Shown here: positions 38,963-49,470 of the stretch, piece by piece | How the letters are laid out: each line of letters starts with the position of its first letter | How positions within the stretch are numbered: position 1 is the first letter of the stretch | Origin: an uncultured Acidobacteriota bacterium | GTDB lineage: Bacteria > Actinomycetota > Acidimicrobiia > Spongiisociales > ZC4RG35 | Reading direction: 5' to 3' | DNA length: 64,000 nucleotides | Assembly: GCA_963810465.1 (NCBI GenBank) | Contig: CAWENM010000002.1 | Coordinates: 518,791 to 582,790, forward strand | Made by a program: the position numbers and the translations under genes | Notes under the pieces: model-generated | The model's input: the letters and a program-made list of their open reading frames with translations, nothing else | The model's database searches: none | Told to the model about the DNA's origin: nothing

Positions 38963-40197
38963 ATGGCCTCGAGGCCGACCCGGAAGAGAGAGGCCATCTC
39001 GGACACCTGATCCGGCGTCATGATGAGCGGCGGCGACACCTGGAGCCCTCCACCCCCGACCGCCCTGGTGAGGACACCCGCTTCACGACAGGCGGCGGCG
39101 GCCCGGTACGGGAGCGTCTCGTCATCTCCGACCGCCATCTGCACGGCCGCCAACGCACCGACCCCGCGTCGGACGTGGTCCACGACCGGCAATTCCTCGA
39201 GTGGGAGCAACGCCTGGTACAGCTCGTCTTCGAGCTCGGCGGCTCGGGCCAGCAGGCCCTCTTGCTCCAGGATGTCCATGACCACGAGGCCGGCGACGCA
39301 GGCGGTGGTGTGACCTGAGTAGGTGTATCCGTGGCGGAACATGAGCCCGGGCGTGTCGAAGAACGGGGCGGCGACCTTTGGCGAGGCAATCACACCACCG
39401 AGGGGGGCGTATCCGCAAGTGACCCCTTTGGCGAAAGTGATCAGGTCGGGCTCGAGACCGTAACGGTTGGCGGCAAACCAGTCCCCGACGCGCCCGAATC
39501 CGGTGATCACCTCGTCCGAGACGTAGAGCCCACCAGCGTTTCGGACCAACTCCTGGACGGCGCCGAAGTACCCGTCCTCCACCGGACGGACCCCGCCCGC
39601 CCCGATGACAGGCTCGACGAAGATGCCTGCGATCCGCTCGGCCCCGGCGTGGTCTATCGCCTTCTCCACCGCTTCGGCATCGTCGTGGGGGACTATCACG
39701 ATGTCGGCCACGAGGTCGCCGCCATATCCGGTGCGATTGGGCTCCATCCCCCCCAGGGACGTCCCGTAGGGATGCATCCCGTGATAGGCCCATTCCCTGG
39801 ATATGAAGACGGTCCGGTCGGGCTGGCCGATGGCATTGAAGTAGCGGCGGGTCATCTTGGCTGCTGTGTCGACTGCGTCCGAGCCTCCCGATCCGAAGAA
39901 GACCTTCGAGTCTGGGTCGGGGGATACCGAAGCGATTCGGTCCGCCAGGTCGATCGTGGGCCGGGTCCCGTAGTCGATGAAGGCATGGAAGGCGGGCAGC
40001 TTGCGCATCTGCTCCGCCATGGCGTCGATGATGTCGGTCCGGCCGTAGCCGACGTTCATGTACCAGAGCGAGGCGGCGGCATCGAGGTAGCGCCGTCCCG
40101 CCTCGTCGTAGACGTAGATCCCTTCACCGCGATCGATGATGAACGGATCGTGCTGCACCTTGCTCATCTCCGCGAATGGGTGCCAGAAAGAGGACAT
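38959..40197 (-). CDS. Class III aminotransferase (omega-amine:pyruvate, SpuC-like)
   Basis: FWHPF, SLWYMNVGYG, GGSDAVD, YHG, DEVITGFGR, FAKG, HGYTYSGH. Confidence 0.88.
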   Translation of the reverse strand: MSSFWHPFAEMSKVQHDPFIIDRGEGIYVYDEAGRRYLDAAASLWYMNVGYGRTDIIDAMAEQMRKLPAFHAFIDYGTRPTIDLADRIASVSPDPDSKVFFGSGGSDAVDTAAKMTRRYFNAIGQPDRTVFISREWAYHGMHPYGTSLGGMEPNRTGYGGDLVADIVIVPHDDAEAVEKAIDHAGAERIAGIFVEPVIGAGGVRPVEDGYFGAVQELVRNAGGLYVSDEVITGFGRVGDWFAANRYGLEPDLITFAKGVTCGYAPLGGVIASPKVAAPFFDTPGLMFRHGYTYSGHTTACVAGLVVMDILEQEGLLARAAELEDELYQALLPLEELPVVDHVRRGVGALAAVQMAVGDDETLPYRAAAACREAGVLTRAVGGGGLQVSPPLIMTPDQVSEMASLFRVGLEAM

Positions 40198-40231
40198 GGG
40201 CGACGAGGGTAGCCGGGGGGCAACAGACTCG

Positions 40232-40279
40232 TTTTGGCGCGCCGAACCCGTTCCATAGCGCGGGATCGGCGTGCCAGAA
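40232..40279. repeat. REP-like palindrome
   Basis: TTTTGGCGCGCCGAACCCG-N10-CGGGATCGGCGTGCCAGAA between divergent genes. Confidence 0.7.
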
Positions 40280-40300
40280 GCGTCTGTACTCTGCCGCCTC

Positions 40301-41917
40301 ATGCCGGCCGACCTCGTCTTCGTGAACGGGCCAGTGTTCACCGCCGGGCCGGCGCGTTCGTTCGTCAGAGCCCTGGCGGTGACGGGGGACCGGATCACTG
40401 CGGTGGGTGATGAGGCGACCGTGTCCGAGTCGATCGGCCCGCGTACCCGGGTGGTCGATCTCGCCGGGCGGTTGCTCAGCCCCGGCTTCCAGGACGCCCA
40501 CTGCCATCCCGGGAGCAGTGGTCTCGACCTGCTCCGATGCTCGTTCGAAGGATGTGCCAGCGCCGAGGACGCCATCTCCTATGTGGAGCGATACGCCGCC
40601 GACCACCCGGACCGTTCATGGATCCTCGGTGGTGGCTGGCATCAGACCTGGTTCCCCCGTGGCTGCCCTCCCAAGGAGGCGCTCGACGCCGTGGTTCCCG
40701 ACCGCCCGGTCCTGGTGTACAACGCAGATGGTCATGGGGCCTGGGCCAACTCGCTCGCCCTGTCCCTGGCCGGGGTCGACGCCTCGACCCCCGATCCAGT
40801 CGATGGGCGCATAGAGCGGAACGGGGACAACCAGCCCCAGGGGACTCTGCACGAAGGGGCAGCCTGGCTCGTGGAGCAGATTGCGCCTGGGGACACCGCC
40901 GAGGACTTGCGTGCAGGTTTGCTGGCGGGCCAGGCCTATCTCCTCGCCAAGGGGATCACCGCCTGGCAGGACGCACACGTCGACCAGGAGACGCACCGCG
41001 CCTATCGCGCCCTGGCCGGCTCCGGCGAGCTGATCGGGACCGCAGTCGGCGCGATGTGGTGGCGCCGGGACGGGGGCCTGGATCAGATCGACGAGCTAGA
41101 GCAGATGCGTTCCGAGCCTTTGGGCCGCTACCTGCCCACGACGGTCAAGCTCATGCTCGACGGAGTGGTCGAGAACTTCACCGGCTCGATGCTGGAGAGC
41201 TATCTCGACGGGGCCGGTCATCCCACGGGCAACACCGGCATCGACTTCATCGAGCCCGCCGAGCTGCGTGAGATCGTGGTCGAGCTGGACCGCCGAGGGT
41301 TTTCCTGTCACTTTCACGCCATCGGCGATGCCGCGGTGCGGAGCGGGCTCGACGCGGTCGAGGCCGCCCGTCTCGCCAATGGCTGGATGGGAACCCGTCA
41401 CACGATCTGCCACATCCAGGTGGTGCACCCCGACGACATTCCCCGTTTTCGACGGCTCGGTGTGGTGGCCAACGCACAGGCGCTCTGGGCCCAGGATGGA
41501 GAGGATCAGCGGGTGCTCACCAAGCCCCATCTCGGCGATGAGCGTTCCCGATGGCAGTACCCGTTCGGGAGCCTCCTCCGCGCCGGCGCAACGCTCGCCA
41601 TGGGATCGGACTGGGGGGTTTCCACCGCTGATGTCATGGACCAGATCGATGCCGCGGTGACAAGGACGAACCACGATGAGCCGGACCTGGGCCCGCTCAA
41701 CGATGAGGAGAGGATCTCGTTCCTCGATGCATTGGTCGGATTCACGGCGGGATCGGCCTACGTGAACCATCGTGAGGGCCTCAGCGGCACCCTTGCTGTC
41801 GGTATGCTCGCCGACCTGGCGGTCATGGACCGCGATCCAGTGGCGAGTGGGCACATCCGGGATGCCTCCGTGGCGATGACGGTGGTAGGCGGACGGGTGG
41901 TGTACGAGGAGGTCTGA
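40301..41917 (+). CDS. Amidohydrolase 3 family (YtcJ-like)
   Basis: [39 protein letters not shown]. Confidence 0.9.
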   Translation: MPADLVFVNGPVFTAGPARSFVRALAVTGDRITAVGDEATVSESIGPRTRVVDLAGRLLSPGFQDAHCHPGSSGLDLLRCSFEGCASAEDAISYVERYAADHPDRSWILGGGWHQTWFPRGCPPKEALDAVVPDRPVLVYNADGHGAWANSLALSLAGVDASTPDPVDGRIERNGDNQPQGTLHEGAAWLVEQIAPGDTAEDLRAGLLAGQAYLLAKGITAWQDAHVDQETHRAYRALAGSGELIGTAVGAMWWRRDGGLDQIDELEQMRSEPLGRYLPTTVKLMLDGVVENFTGSMLESYLDGAGHPTGNTGIDFIEPAELREIVVELDRRGFSCHFHAIGDAAVRSGLDAVEAARLANGWMGTRHTICHIQVVHPDDIPRFRRLGVVANAQALWAQDGEDQRVLTKPHLGDERSRWQYPFGSLLRAGATLAMGSDWGVSTADVMDQIDAAVTRTNHDEPDLGPLNDEERISFLDALVGFTAGSAYVNHREGLSGTLAVGMLADLAVMDRDPVASGHIRDASVAMTVVGGRVVYEEV

Positions 41918-42993
41918 TGGCTAACCCCGCGGTCGAGTTGGCAGGTGTCACCAAACGATTCGGGGACGAAGTCGTGGCGGTGAACGGGATCGACCTGACG
42001 ATCGAGGATGGCGAGTTCTTCTCGCTGCTCGGGCCGTCAGGGTGTGGCAAGACGACAACTCTCCGGATGATCGCCGGCTTCGAGTACCCCACCGAAGGAA
42101 GCATTCGCATCCACGGGGCCGAAATGGGGCTCAAGCCGGCGAACCAGAGACCGGTAAACACGGTTTTCCAGTCCTACGCCCTCTTCCCCCATATGTCGGT
42201 TGCGGAGAACGTCGCGTTCGGGCTCAACATGAAGAAGGTCGAGAAGTCGGAGGTCCAGCGACGTGTGAACCGCGTGCTCGACCAGGTTCAGCTCTCCAAG
42301 CGGGCCGACGCCCGGCCGAGTCAGCTCTCGGGTGGCATGCAACAACGGGTGGCACTGGCGCGGGCCCTGGTCAACGAGCCCGAGGTCCTGCTCCTCGACG
42401 AGCCCCTCGGGGCCCTCGATCTCAAGCTGAGACAGGCCATGCAGGTGGAGCTCAAAGACCTGCAGGGCAGGGTCGGCATCACGTTCATCTACGTAACCCA
42501 CGACCAGGAAGAGGCCCTGACCATGTCCGATCGGATCGGGGTCATGAATGACGGAAGCCTCCTCCAGGTCGGTCGGTCCGAGGAGATCTACGAGCATCCG
42601 ACTTCGAGGTTCGTGGCTGACTTCATCGGCGACATCAATCTCATCGACGTCACCATGAACGGCTCGGGTGCGGCCCATCTCTCCACGGGCGCCGAGATCG
42701 AGGTGCCCGCGGGCGCCGCCGGCTCGGCGGCACAGGTCACTCTCGCCCTGCGGCCGGAGCGGTTGGCCCTCTACGACATAGACGAGGAGGTTCCGGCCGG
42801 GCACAACCGGGTCCGGGTCCGGGTCTCGAGGAGGCTCTACTACGGGGACGTGCATTTCTACGACGTGGATGCCGGCATCGGCACCGAGATCGAGGTCAAG
42901 GAGGAGAATCGGCCCGGTGTCGAGCTGTACGAGGTGGGGGATGAGGCGTATCTGGTGTGGAGCCCGGAGGCGGCCAATCTGGTGACCTCCTGA
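41917..42993 (+). CDS. potA: Polyamine ABC transporter ATPase
   Basis: [47 protein letters not shown] domain. Confidence 0.9.
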   Translation: MANPAVELAGVTKRFGDEVVAVNGIDLTIEDGEFFSLLGPSGCGKTTTLRMIAGFEYPTEGSIRIHGAEMGLKPANQRPVNTVFQSYALFPHMSVAENVAFGLNMKKVEKSEVQRRVNRVLDQVQLSKRADARPSQLSGGMQQRVALARALVNEPEVLLLDEPLGALDLKLRQAMQVELKDLQGRVGITFIYVTHDQEEALTMSDRIGVMNDGSLLQVGRSEEIYEHPTSRFVADFIGDINLIDVTMNGSGAAHLSTGAEIEVPAGAAGSAAQVTLALRPERLALYDIDEEVPAGHNRVRVRVSRRLYYGDVHFYDVDAGIGTEIEVKEENRPGVELYEVGDEAYLVWSPEAANLVTS

Positions 42994-43898
42994 TGGCAGC
43001 CCCAACGGTCACCGAGCCGGAGACAACGGCTCCGGTCACTCCCGAGCTGGAGCGGGCGGCGGAGAAGGCTGAGTCGAGGCGGGGCTTTCTGATCGCCCTC
43101 CCCTCATTCGTCTATCTCATCCTCCTCTTCGTCGTCCCATTGATCCTGGTCTTCATCTATTCCTTCGCCACCAGGGATGCCACCGGGCAGACGGTGCTCG
43201 AGGATTGGAACCTCGACTCCTACCGGCGGCTCTTCTCGACCGAGGTCCTGGAGATATTCCTCAGGTCGTTCCTCCTGGCGCTGCTGACCACGGTGATCTG
43301 CCTGGTCATCTGTTATCCCTTCGCCTTCTACATCGCCACGAGGGCACCCAGGGTCCGGAACATCCTGCTGATCCTGGTGATGATCCCGTTCTGGTCGAAC
43401 TTCCTGGTCAGGACCTATGCATGGCGGGTCCTGCTCGGGTCCGAGGGGCCGCTCTCGCAATTGAGCGTGTTGCTGGGCGGTGAGCCGTTTCGGTTGCTCT
43501 TCACCAACACTGCGGTCCTGATCGGGCTGGTGTACGGGTTCATGCCCTTCATGGTCCTTCCCCTCTACGCCTCTCTGGAGCGCATGGATTGGCGGCTGGT
43601 GGAGGCGGCTCGTGACCTCTACGCCGACGGGTGGACCGCCTTTCGCAAGGTCACCCTCCCGCTGTCGATGCCCGGGGTGGTCGCCGGCTCGATCCTGGTG
43701 TTCATCCCTTCGCTCGGCGCCTATGTGACCCCGGCATTGCTCGGTGGGGCGAAGACGGTGCTGATGGGGGATTACATCGTCAGCCAGTTCCTCGCGGCCC
43801 GGAACTGGCCCTTCGGGTCGGCGCTGTCGTTCGCCGTCATGTTCGTGATGCTGGTGGCGACGATCTTCTACTTCCGGGCCGGAGCGAGGACGTTGTGA
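42993..43898 (+). CDS. potB: Polyamine ABC transporter permease
   Basis: IPFWSNFLVRTYAW, PFMVLPLY, EAARDL, NWPFGSA. Confidence 0.9.
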   Translation: MAAPTVTEPETTAPVTPELERAAEKAESRRGFLIALPSFVYLILLFVVPLILVFIYSFATRDATGQTVLEDWNLDSYRRLFSTEVLEIFLRSFLLALLTTVICLVICYPFAFYIATRAPRVRNILLILVMIPFWSNFLVRTYAWRVLLGSEGPLSQLSVLLGGEPFRLLFTNTAVLIGLVYGFMPFMVLPLYASLERMDWRLVEAARDLYADGWTAFRKVTLPLSMPGVVAGSILVFIPSLGAYVTPALLGGAKTVLMGDYIVSQFLAARNWPFGSALSFAVMFVMLVATIFYFRAGARTL

Positions 43899-44776
43899 AC
43901 GAGGGGACCGCGCCCAGGGGCTTCGTCGACCGTCTCCTCGCCCTCAACGCCTGGGTGGTCTATCTGTTTTTCTACGCCCCGATCGTCCTGCTGATCGTGT
44001 TCTCCTTCAACGAGAACGAAAACGTCGGGATTTGGACTCAGCCCTCGCTCCGCTGGTACGGGGAGATGTTCCAGGACGAGCGGGTGATGGGCGCCTTGCG
44101 CAACTCGCTCGTGGTCGCTTTCGTGTCCACGATCGTTTCCACGGCACTGGGGACGATGCTGGCCATCGCCCTGGAGAGGTACCGCTTCCGTGGTCGAGGG
44201 ACACTCGACGGCGTCGCCTATCTCCCGATCATCATCCCCGATGTGACGATGGCTGTCATGCTCCTCGTCTTCTTCTTCCAAGCCTTCGGCTTGCTGAGTG
44301 ACATGTTCGCCATGAATCTGACCACCGGCCTCCCCACCATCGCGCTGGCTCATATCGCCTTCTGCATCTCCTTCGTCGCCATCGTCGTGCGCGCCCGTCT
44401 CTCCCAGCTCGACAGCTCCCTCGAAGAGGCGGCGGCCGATCTGTATGCCAACCGTTGGCAGGCTTTTCGCAAGGTCACCCTCCCGCTGATCGCACCGGGC
44501 GTGGCCGGAGGGGCATTGCTCGCCTTGACCCTCTCGCTCGATGACGTGGTGGTGACCCAATTCGTCTCCGGGGCGGGTGCAACGACCCTCCCGGTGTACG
44601 TGTTTGGCCTGGTCAGACGGGGTGTCACCCCCTTGATCAACGCGGTGAGCACTGTGATGCTGGTGGCCTCGATGGTGCTCATCGGCATCTCGTTGGGATT
44701 CCAGCGCGGGGCAGAGGCGCGCGGGCAACGGCTGGCCGATCCGGAAGGTCTCCTCGAGGAGATAACCGCTGATTGA
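43895..44776 (+). CDS. potC: Polyamine ABC transporter permease
   Basis: FFYAPIVLLIVFSFN, EEAAADL, LSLDDVV, GVTPLINA. Confidence 0.9.
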   Translation: MNEGTAPRGFVDRLLALNAWVVYLFFYAPIVLLIVFSFNENENVGIWTQPSLRWYGEMFQDERVMGALRNSLVVAFVSTIVSTALGTMLAIALERYRFRGRGTLDGVAYLPIIIPDVTMAVMLLVFFFQAFGLLSDMFAMNLTTGLPTIALAHIAFCISFVAIVVRARLSQLDSSLEEAAADLYANRWQAFRKVTLPLIAPGVAGGALLALTLSLDDVVVTQFVSGAGATTLPVYVFGLVRRGVTPLINAVSTVMLVASMVLIGISLGFQRGAEARGQRLADPEGLLEEITAD

Positions 44777-44852
44777 ACCGTCCACCCCTGGCCTCGCCAA
44801 GCGCCGGGACGTGGATAAGGTGTCGCCACAAGGCGGAATCCCGGGAGGATCC

Positions 44853-45983
44853 ATGCGACGGACGGCGAGGCTATTCGCCTCAATCATGGTGCTTGCATTG
44901 CTGGTGGCGGCTTGCGGCGGGGACGAGGGCGGAGGCCCCGACGGCACAAGTGGGGGCAGCGGAGAAGCCCCTGATGGTGCGACCGGTGCCGATTGCGCCC
45001 TGGACCAGGTCGACGGCGATCTCAACTTCTACAACTGGTCCGAGTACATGGACCCGGCCTTGGTCACCGCCTTCGAGGAGCAATACCAGGTGGACGTGGT
45101 CGAGGACTTCTACGAGTCCAACGAGGCGCTCCTGGCCCAGATGCAGGCCGGCGCGGTCTACGACCTGATCGTGCCCTCCGACTACATGGTCGGCATCATG
45201 ATCGAGAACGGGCTTCTCGCACCGATCAACACCACTGCCGTTCCCAACATGGAGAACCTGGCGGCGCAGTTCACCGATCTTCCATATGACCCGGGGCCCG
45301 AATACTCGGCGGCCTATCAGTACGGCACCACCGGTCTCGGGGTCAATCTCTCGGTCGTCGGTGAGGACTTCCCCCGCAGTTGGGCCCTTCTCTTCGATCC
45401 TGAGCTCACCGCGGAATTCCCCGGTGGAGTCTCGGTGCTCAACGACCCGCGAGAGGCGATGGGTGCCGCCCTCAAGTACCTGGGTTACTCGCTGAACGAC
45501 ACCGACCTGGCTCATCTCCAGGAAGCATCCGACGCAATCTCGGCAGGTATCGGGGGTATCGCGACCTTCGACTCCGACCAGTACGACGAGGCGCTCGTCG
45601 CCGGGGAAGTTGCCGTGTCGCACGGCTACTCGGGCAACATGATCGTTGGGATCGGCGGGTCCGATGACCCCGACAATTACGAGTACATCCTCCCCGAGGA
45701 GGGGGCCACGCTCTGGATCGACAACATGGCGGTCCCGGCCAACGCCGAGCACCCATGCACCGCCATGACCTTCATCAACTACATCCTCGACGCCGAGAAC
45801 GGGGCGACTCTGACCAATTGGAACTACTACGGGACACCGAACGAGGCCGCAGTCGACCTCGTCGAGCCCGAGGTCATCGAGTTCTATGCGCCGACGTTCG
45901 AGGCCGAAGGGCTGGAGATCATCGAGGACACCGGGGATTACGAGATCAACTTCACCGACTACCTGGCTCAGGCGAAGAGCTGA
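44853..45983 (+). CDS. potD: Polyamine ABC transporter substrate-binding lipoprotein
   Basis: Lipobox AAC, YNWSEY, YESNE, PSDY, PEEGATLWIDN. Confidence 0.88.
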   Translation: MRRTARLFASIMVLALLVAACGGDEGGGPDGTSGGSGEAPDGATGADCALDQVDGDLNFYNWSEYMDPALVTAFEEQYQVDVVEDFYESNEALLAQMQAGAVYDLIVPSDYMVGIMIENGLLAPINTTAVPNMENLAAQFTDLPYDPGPEYSAAYQYGTTGLGVNLSVVGEDFPRSWALLFDPELTAEFPGGVSVLNDPREAMGAALKYLGYSLNDTDLAHLQEASDAISAGIGGIATFDSDQYDEALVAGEVAVSHGYSGNMIVGIGGSDDPDNYEYILPEEGATLWIDNMAVPANAEHPCTAMTFINYILDAENGATLTNWNYYGTPNEAAVDLVEPEVIEFYAPTFEAEGLEIIEDTGDYEINFTDYLAQAKS

Positions 45984-45987
45984 GCGG

Positions 45988-47319
45988 CTGAGGCCGGCGC
46001 TCCTCGCGGCGTTCCTGGTCTTCGCGGGTGCCCTGCCCGGTCATGCCGAGGGGCTGGGGCGGGATGCGGTAGGCGTGGTCGATGCGAATGGTGAATGGAG
46101 GCTGGTCGATCCCGTCACCCGGGGTCGGCTGAACTTCAGCTACGGCAACCCGTCGGATGTCGCCTTCGCCGGTGACTGGGATTGCGACGGAGTGGCGACG
46201 CCCGGTCTCTATCGCCGTTCCACGGGTCAGGCTTTTCTTCGCAACGCCAACACCACCGGGGTGGCCGATGTCACATTCATGTTCGGAAACCCGGGTGATA
46301 TCCCGCTGGCGGGCGACTTCGATGGTGACGGGTGCGACAGCCTCTCGATCTATCGGCCGGGCGAGGCGCGCTTCCACATCATCGATCAACTCGGCGCTGA
46401 CGGTGGTGGCCTGGGGCCGGCCGATCGGTCCTACTCCTTCGGTGACCATGGAGATGTCCCCTTCGTCGGCGACTGGGATGGAGACGGGGCCGATACGGCC
46501 GGACTCCGCCGGCCCTCCGATGGATTCGTCTACTTGAGGAATGGTCACGCCACCGGGAACGCCGACATCTCCTTCTTCTACGGCGATGCGGGTGACATTC
46601 CCTTCGCCGGGGATTGGGACGGAGACGGTCTCGACACCTTGGGTTTGCATCGGCCTGGCACTGCGACCACCTACCTGCGGAACGCCAACTCGACCGGTGT
46701 CGCCGACCTGACGACTCACGGCTCAGGCGTGCCGGTCGCCGGCGACTTCGGCGCGCTGCCCGATCCGCCACCGGGCCCCACCCGCTTCCTGTCGATGGTG
46801 GGCAGGGAGGCCTGGGGCGCCCGGCCCGCCGAGACCGCTCGGATGACGCCGCATGCGATCACCCGTCTGACGGTGCACCACGCGGGCACGCACCGGACCA
46901 CAACCGGGCCGCCCCAGTTCCGGGGATGGCAGGCCTGGCACATGGATGGACAGGACTGGCCCGACCTCGCCTATCACGTGATCATCGGTGTCGACGGCGC
47001 CGTCTACGAAGGCCGGGATCCTGCGTTCCGCGGGGATACCGGCACCGCTTACGACACCACCGGCCACTTCCTCGTGGTGGTCGAGGGCGACTTCGAGGTG
47101 GACCGGCCAACCGCAGCCCAACTCGATTCGCTGGCTGCCGTCCTGGCCTGGGCGGCGGAGCACTACGAGGTGTCGCCGGCGACGATCAGCGGCCACGGCG
47201 ACCACGCCGCCACTCTCTGCCCGGGTCTCCACCTCGAGTCCCGCATCACCTCTGGCGAACTCCAATCTGCCGTCCAGACCCTGATCGACGACGGAGGCGT
47301 GGGCCTGACCTGGCCCTGA
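45988..47319 (+). CDS. Secreted FG-GAP-like repeat protein with C-terminal N-acetylmuramoyl-L-alanine amidase (PGRP/Amidase_2)
   Basis: Four GD[WF]DxDG repeats; REAWGA, VHHA, DLAYH..YEGR, GHGD..TLCPG; probable CTG start. Confidence 0.82.
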   Translation: MRPALLAAFLVFAGALPGHAEGLGRDAVGVVDANGEWRLVDPVTRGRLNFSYGNPSDVAFAGDWDCDGVATPGLYRRSTGQAFLRNANTTGVADVTFMFGNPGDIPLAGDFDGDGCDSLSIYRPGEARFHIIDQLGADGGGLGPADRSYSFGDHGDVPFVGDWDGDGADTAGLRRPSDGFVYLRNGHATGNADISFFYGDAGDIPFAGDWDGDGLDTLGLHRPGTATTYLRNANSTGVADLTTHGSGVPVAGDFGALPDPPPGPTRFLSMVGREAWGARPAETARMTPHAITRLTVHHAGTHRTTTGPPQFRGWQAWHMDGQDWPDLAYHVIIGVDGAVYEGRDPAFRGDTGTAYDTTGHFLVVVEGDFEVDRPTAAQLDSLAAVLAWAAEHYEVSPATISGHGDHAATLCPGLHLESRITSGELQSAVQTLIDDGGVGLTWP

Positions 47320-47327
47320 GCATCCTG

Positions 47328-47375
47328 TTTTGGCGCGGAGATCCGACCCCCTGGGGTCGGATCTCCGCGCCAGAA
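47328..47375. repeat. REP-like perfect palindrome / bidirectional terminator
   Basis: 20-bp perfect arms TGGCGCGGAGATCCGACCCC-ct-GGGGTCGGATCTCCGCGCCA (47331-47372). Confidence 0.8.
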
Positions 47376-47387
47376 TGATCTGATCGA

Positions 47388-48326
47388 TCAGGTCTCGCTG
47401 GGCACCGAGGCCTGTGGCGTTGGCGGGCGGCGCTTCTTCCACTGCCGGTAGACGACGAAGCCGATCAGGGTCGGCACGCCGAGCACCAGGAGCAGCATCG
47501 GCAGGGTGAACAGGGCGAAGTGGATGCCCCAGTCCGCCAACCCTTGTAGACCGGTGACCAGGTTGCGCAGGGCATCCCGTGCCACCTCGACCGGCTCCCA
47601 GGTGTCCTCGACGATGGGAACCACCGCCGGCGTAGGGGTGAGGCCGATGGTCAGCGTGGCCAGGTCGACGACGTCGTCGAGATAGTTGAGCTGTCCCTTG
47701 ATCTCTTCGATCTGACCTCGCACCAGGGAGATCTCGTTATAGACACGAAGCAGCTTTTCCGGGTCGGCCTCGGGCTGCTGTCTCACTTCGGCGAGGAGAG
47801 CCCGCAACTCCACCTCGAGAGTCTCCAAGTTGGTGAGACGTGCTTCGAGGTCTATGAACTGATCGGTCACGTCCTGAGCGCCCTGCGACTCGGAGATGAC
47901 GGTTTCCACCGATCCCTTGATCGCGGTCATCACTTCGGTCAGCTCACTCGCCGGGATGCGCAGAGTGATGTTCGCAGATGGCTGGTCCTGCTCGCCTTCC
48001 ACCGGATGCACCACGGCATCGGCAACGAACCCACCGGCCGCCTCACCAAGCGCGATGATCCGATCGATGGCGGCTCTCGTGTCGTCGGCCTCCAACTGGA
48101 GCTGTGCCTGACGGATCACCTTGCGATCCTGGGCCACCTCCAGGTCGACCGCGATCGCGCCCTCGCCGCCTCCACCGGCGGGCGCCTCCTCGGCGGCAGT
48201 GGTCGTCTCGGTTGCCCCCTGTTCCATCAGCCCATCGGCGGCAAAGGTGGTGTCGGCGGCCTCCCCACCCCCGTTGCATGCGGCGATGGCCACTCCCATA
48301 GCCAGAATCAATGCCAGTCTCCTCAT
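47388..48326 (-). CDS. DUF4349 family lipoprotein
   Basis: Lipobox AAC, RKVIR, TLRIPA, DVTDQFIDLEARL, C-terminal TM; SD GAGGAG. Confidence 0.85.
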   Translation of the reverse strand: MRRLALILAMGVAIAACNGGGEAADTTFAADGLMEQGATETTTAAEEAPAGGGGEGAIAVDLEVAQDRKVIRQAQLQLEADDTRAAIDRIIALGEAAGGFVADAVVHPVEGEQDQPSANITLRIPASELTEVMTAIKGSVETVISESQGAQDVTDQFIDLEARLTNLETLEVELRALLAEVRQQPEADPEKLLRVYNEISLVRGQIEEIKGQLNYLDDVVDLATLTIGLTPTPAVVPIVEDTWEPVEVARDALRNLVTGLQGLADWGIHFALFTLPMLLLVLGVPTLIGFVVYRQWKKRRPPTPQASVPSET

Positions 48327-48438
48327 TCGATTCTCCTCGTTCACACCCCGTCGGGGCTTGCCGGTTGGACGTGAGGGTCACCGCCTCGGTTCCCGTTACG
48401 ACGAAATCTGGAGACCGGGAGGAGGTACCGTTCCTGGG

Positions 48439-49470
48439 ATGAACAGTGGGCCGCTCCGCGTCCTCGAGATCTATGGCGCCCCTGCTGATTTTGGGCGAAT
48501 CCACGGGACCGAGTGCAAAGCGATGATTCGTGACTATCTCGACGATCGTCTCGGTCTCTCCGGAGACGCGAACTGGGCGGGCCGCCCGGCTCCGGCCGAC
48601 ACGGTCCTCGCGCTGGCCGAGCAGACCCTGCCCCATCACCGCGAATTCTCACCCACCCTCTACGACGAGATGATGGCGCTGGCCGAGTCGGCGGGGATCA
48701 CACCTGCCGAGGCCGTAGTGGTCGGCGGCTTCACCGACCTCGTCGACCTGGTCCGGGCACACGATGGGTGGGCGCCCATCGAGGACGACTGCACCGCCGT
48801 CATAGATCCAGCGAACGGCGTCTTCGCCCAGACCTGGGACATGCATGCTTCGGCCGGCGAGTACGTCTTGATGCTGAAGCTGGACCCGATCTCAGGCCCG
48901 GGAGCGGTGGTGCAGACCACTGCAGGTTGTCTCGGTCAGATCGGGATGAACGAGGCAGGGATCGGGATCGGCATCAACAACCTGACATCCATCGGGAAAC
49001 CCGGCGTGACCTGGCCTTTCGTGGTTCGCAAGGTCCTCGAGCAGACCGATCTCGACTCGGCAGTGGATGTGGTGGCTTCAGCCGATCTGGCCGGGGGCCA
49101 CAACTACCTCGTCATCGGCCCCGATGGCAGCGGGGCCAACATCGAGGCGATGCCGGGGACGATCGAGGTGACCCGCGTCACCGAGACCCCCTACGTGCAC
49201 ACCAACCATTGTCTAGATCCCGGCACCCGTCTCGAAGAAGGGGAGAGGACCCCCGAGCATGTAGCAGGCAGCGATGCCAGGTTGGACCGCGGGGCGGAGC
49301 ACGCCCAGGATCTGGACCGCTTCTTCTCCGACCCGTCGATCGCGCGCCGGGCCGAGTCGGCAGGTGACGTGGCCACGTGCGGCGCAGTCGTGATCCGTCC
49401 TCGGGAGAAGAGGCTCGACTCGGTGTGGGGGATCCCCGGCGACAATCCTTGGGAGTCGTTCCGTCTGTGA
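48439..49470 (+). CDS. C45 family Ntn-hydrolase / acyltransferase
   Basis: GRIHG, nucleophile Cys in DDCT, AQTWD, GMNEAG, HTNH. Confidence 0.85.
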   Translation: MNSGPLRVLEIYGAPADFGRIHGTECKAMIRDYLDDRLGLSGDANWAGRPAPADTVLALAEQTLPHHREFSPTLYDEMMALAESAGITPAEAVVVGGFTDLVDLVRAHDGWAPIEDDCTAVIDPANGVFAQTWDMHASAGEYVLMLKLDPISGPGAVVQTTAGCLGQIGMNEAGIGIGINNLTSIGKPGVTWPFVVRKVLEQTDLDSAVDVVASADLAGGHNYLVIGPDGSGANIEAMPGTIEVTRVTETPYVHTNHCLDPGTRLEEGERTPEHVAGSDARLDRGAEHAQDLDRFFSDPSIARRAESAGDVATCGAVVIRPREKRLDSVWGIPGDNPWESFRL

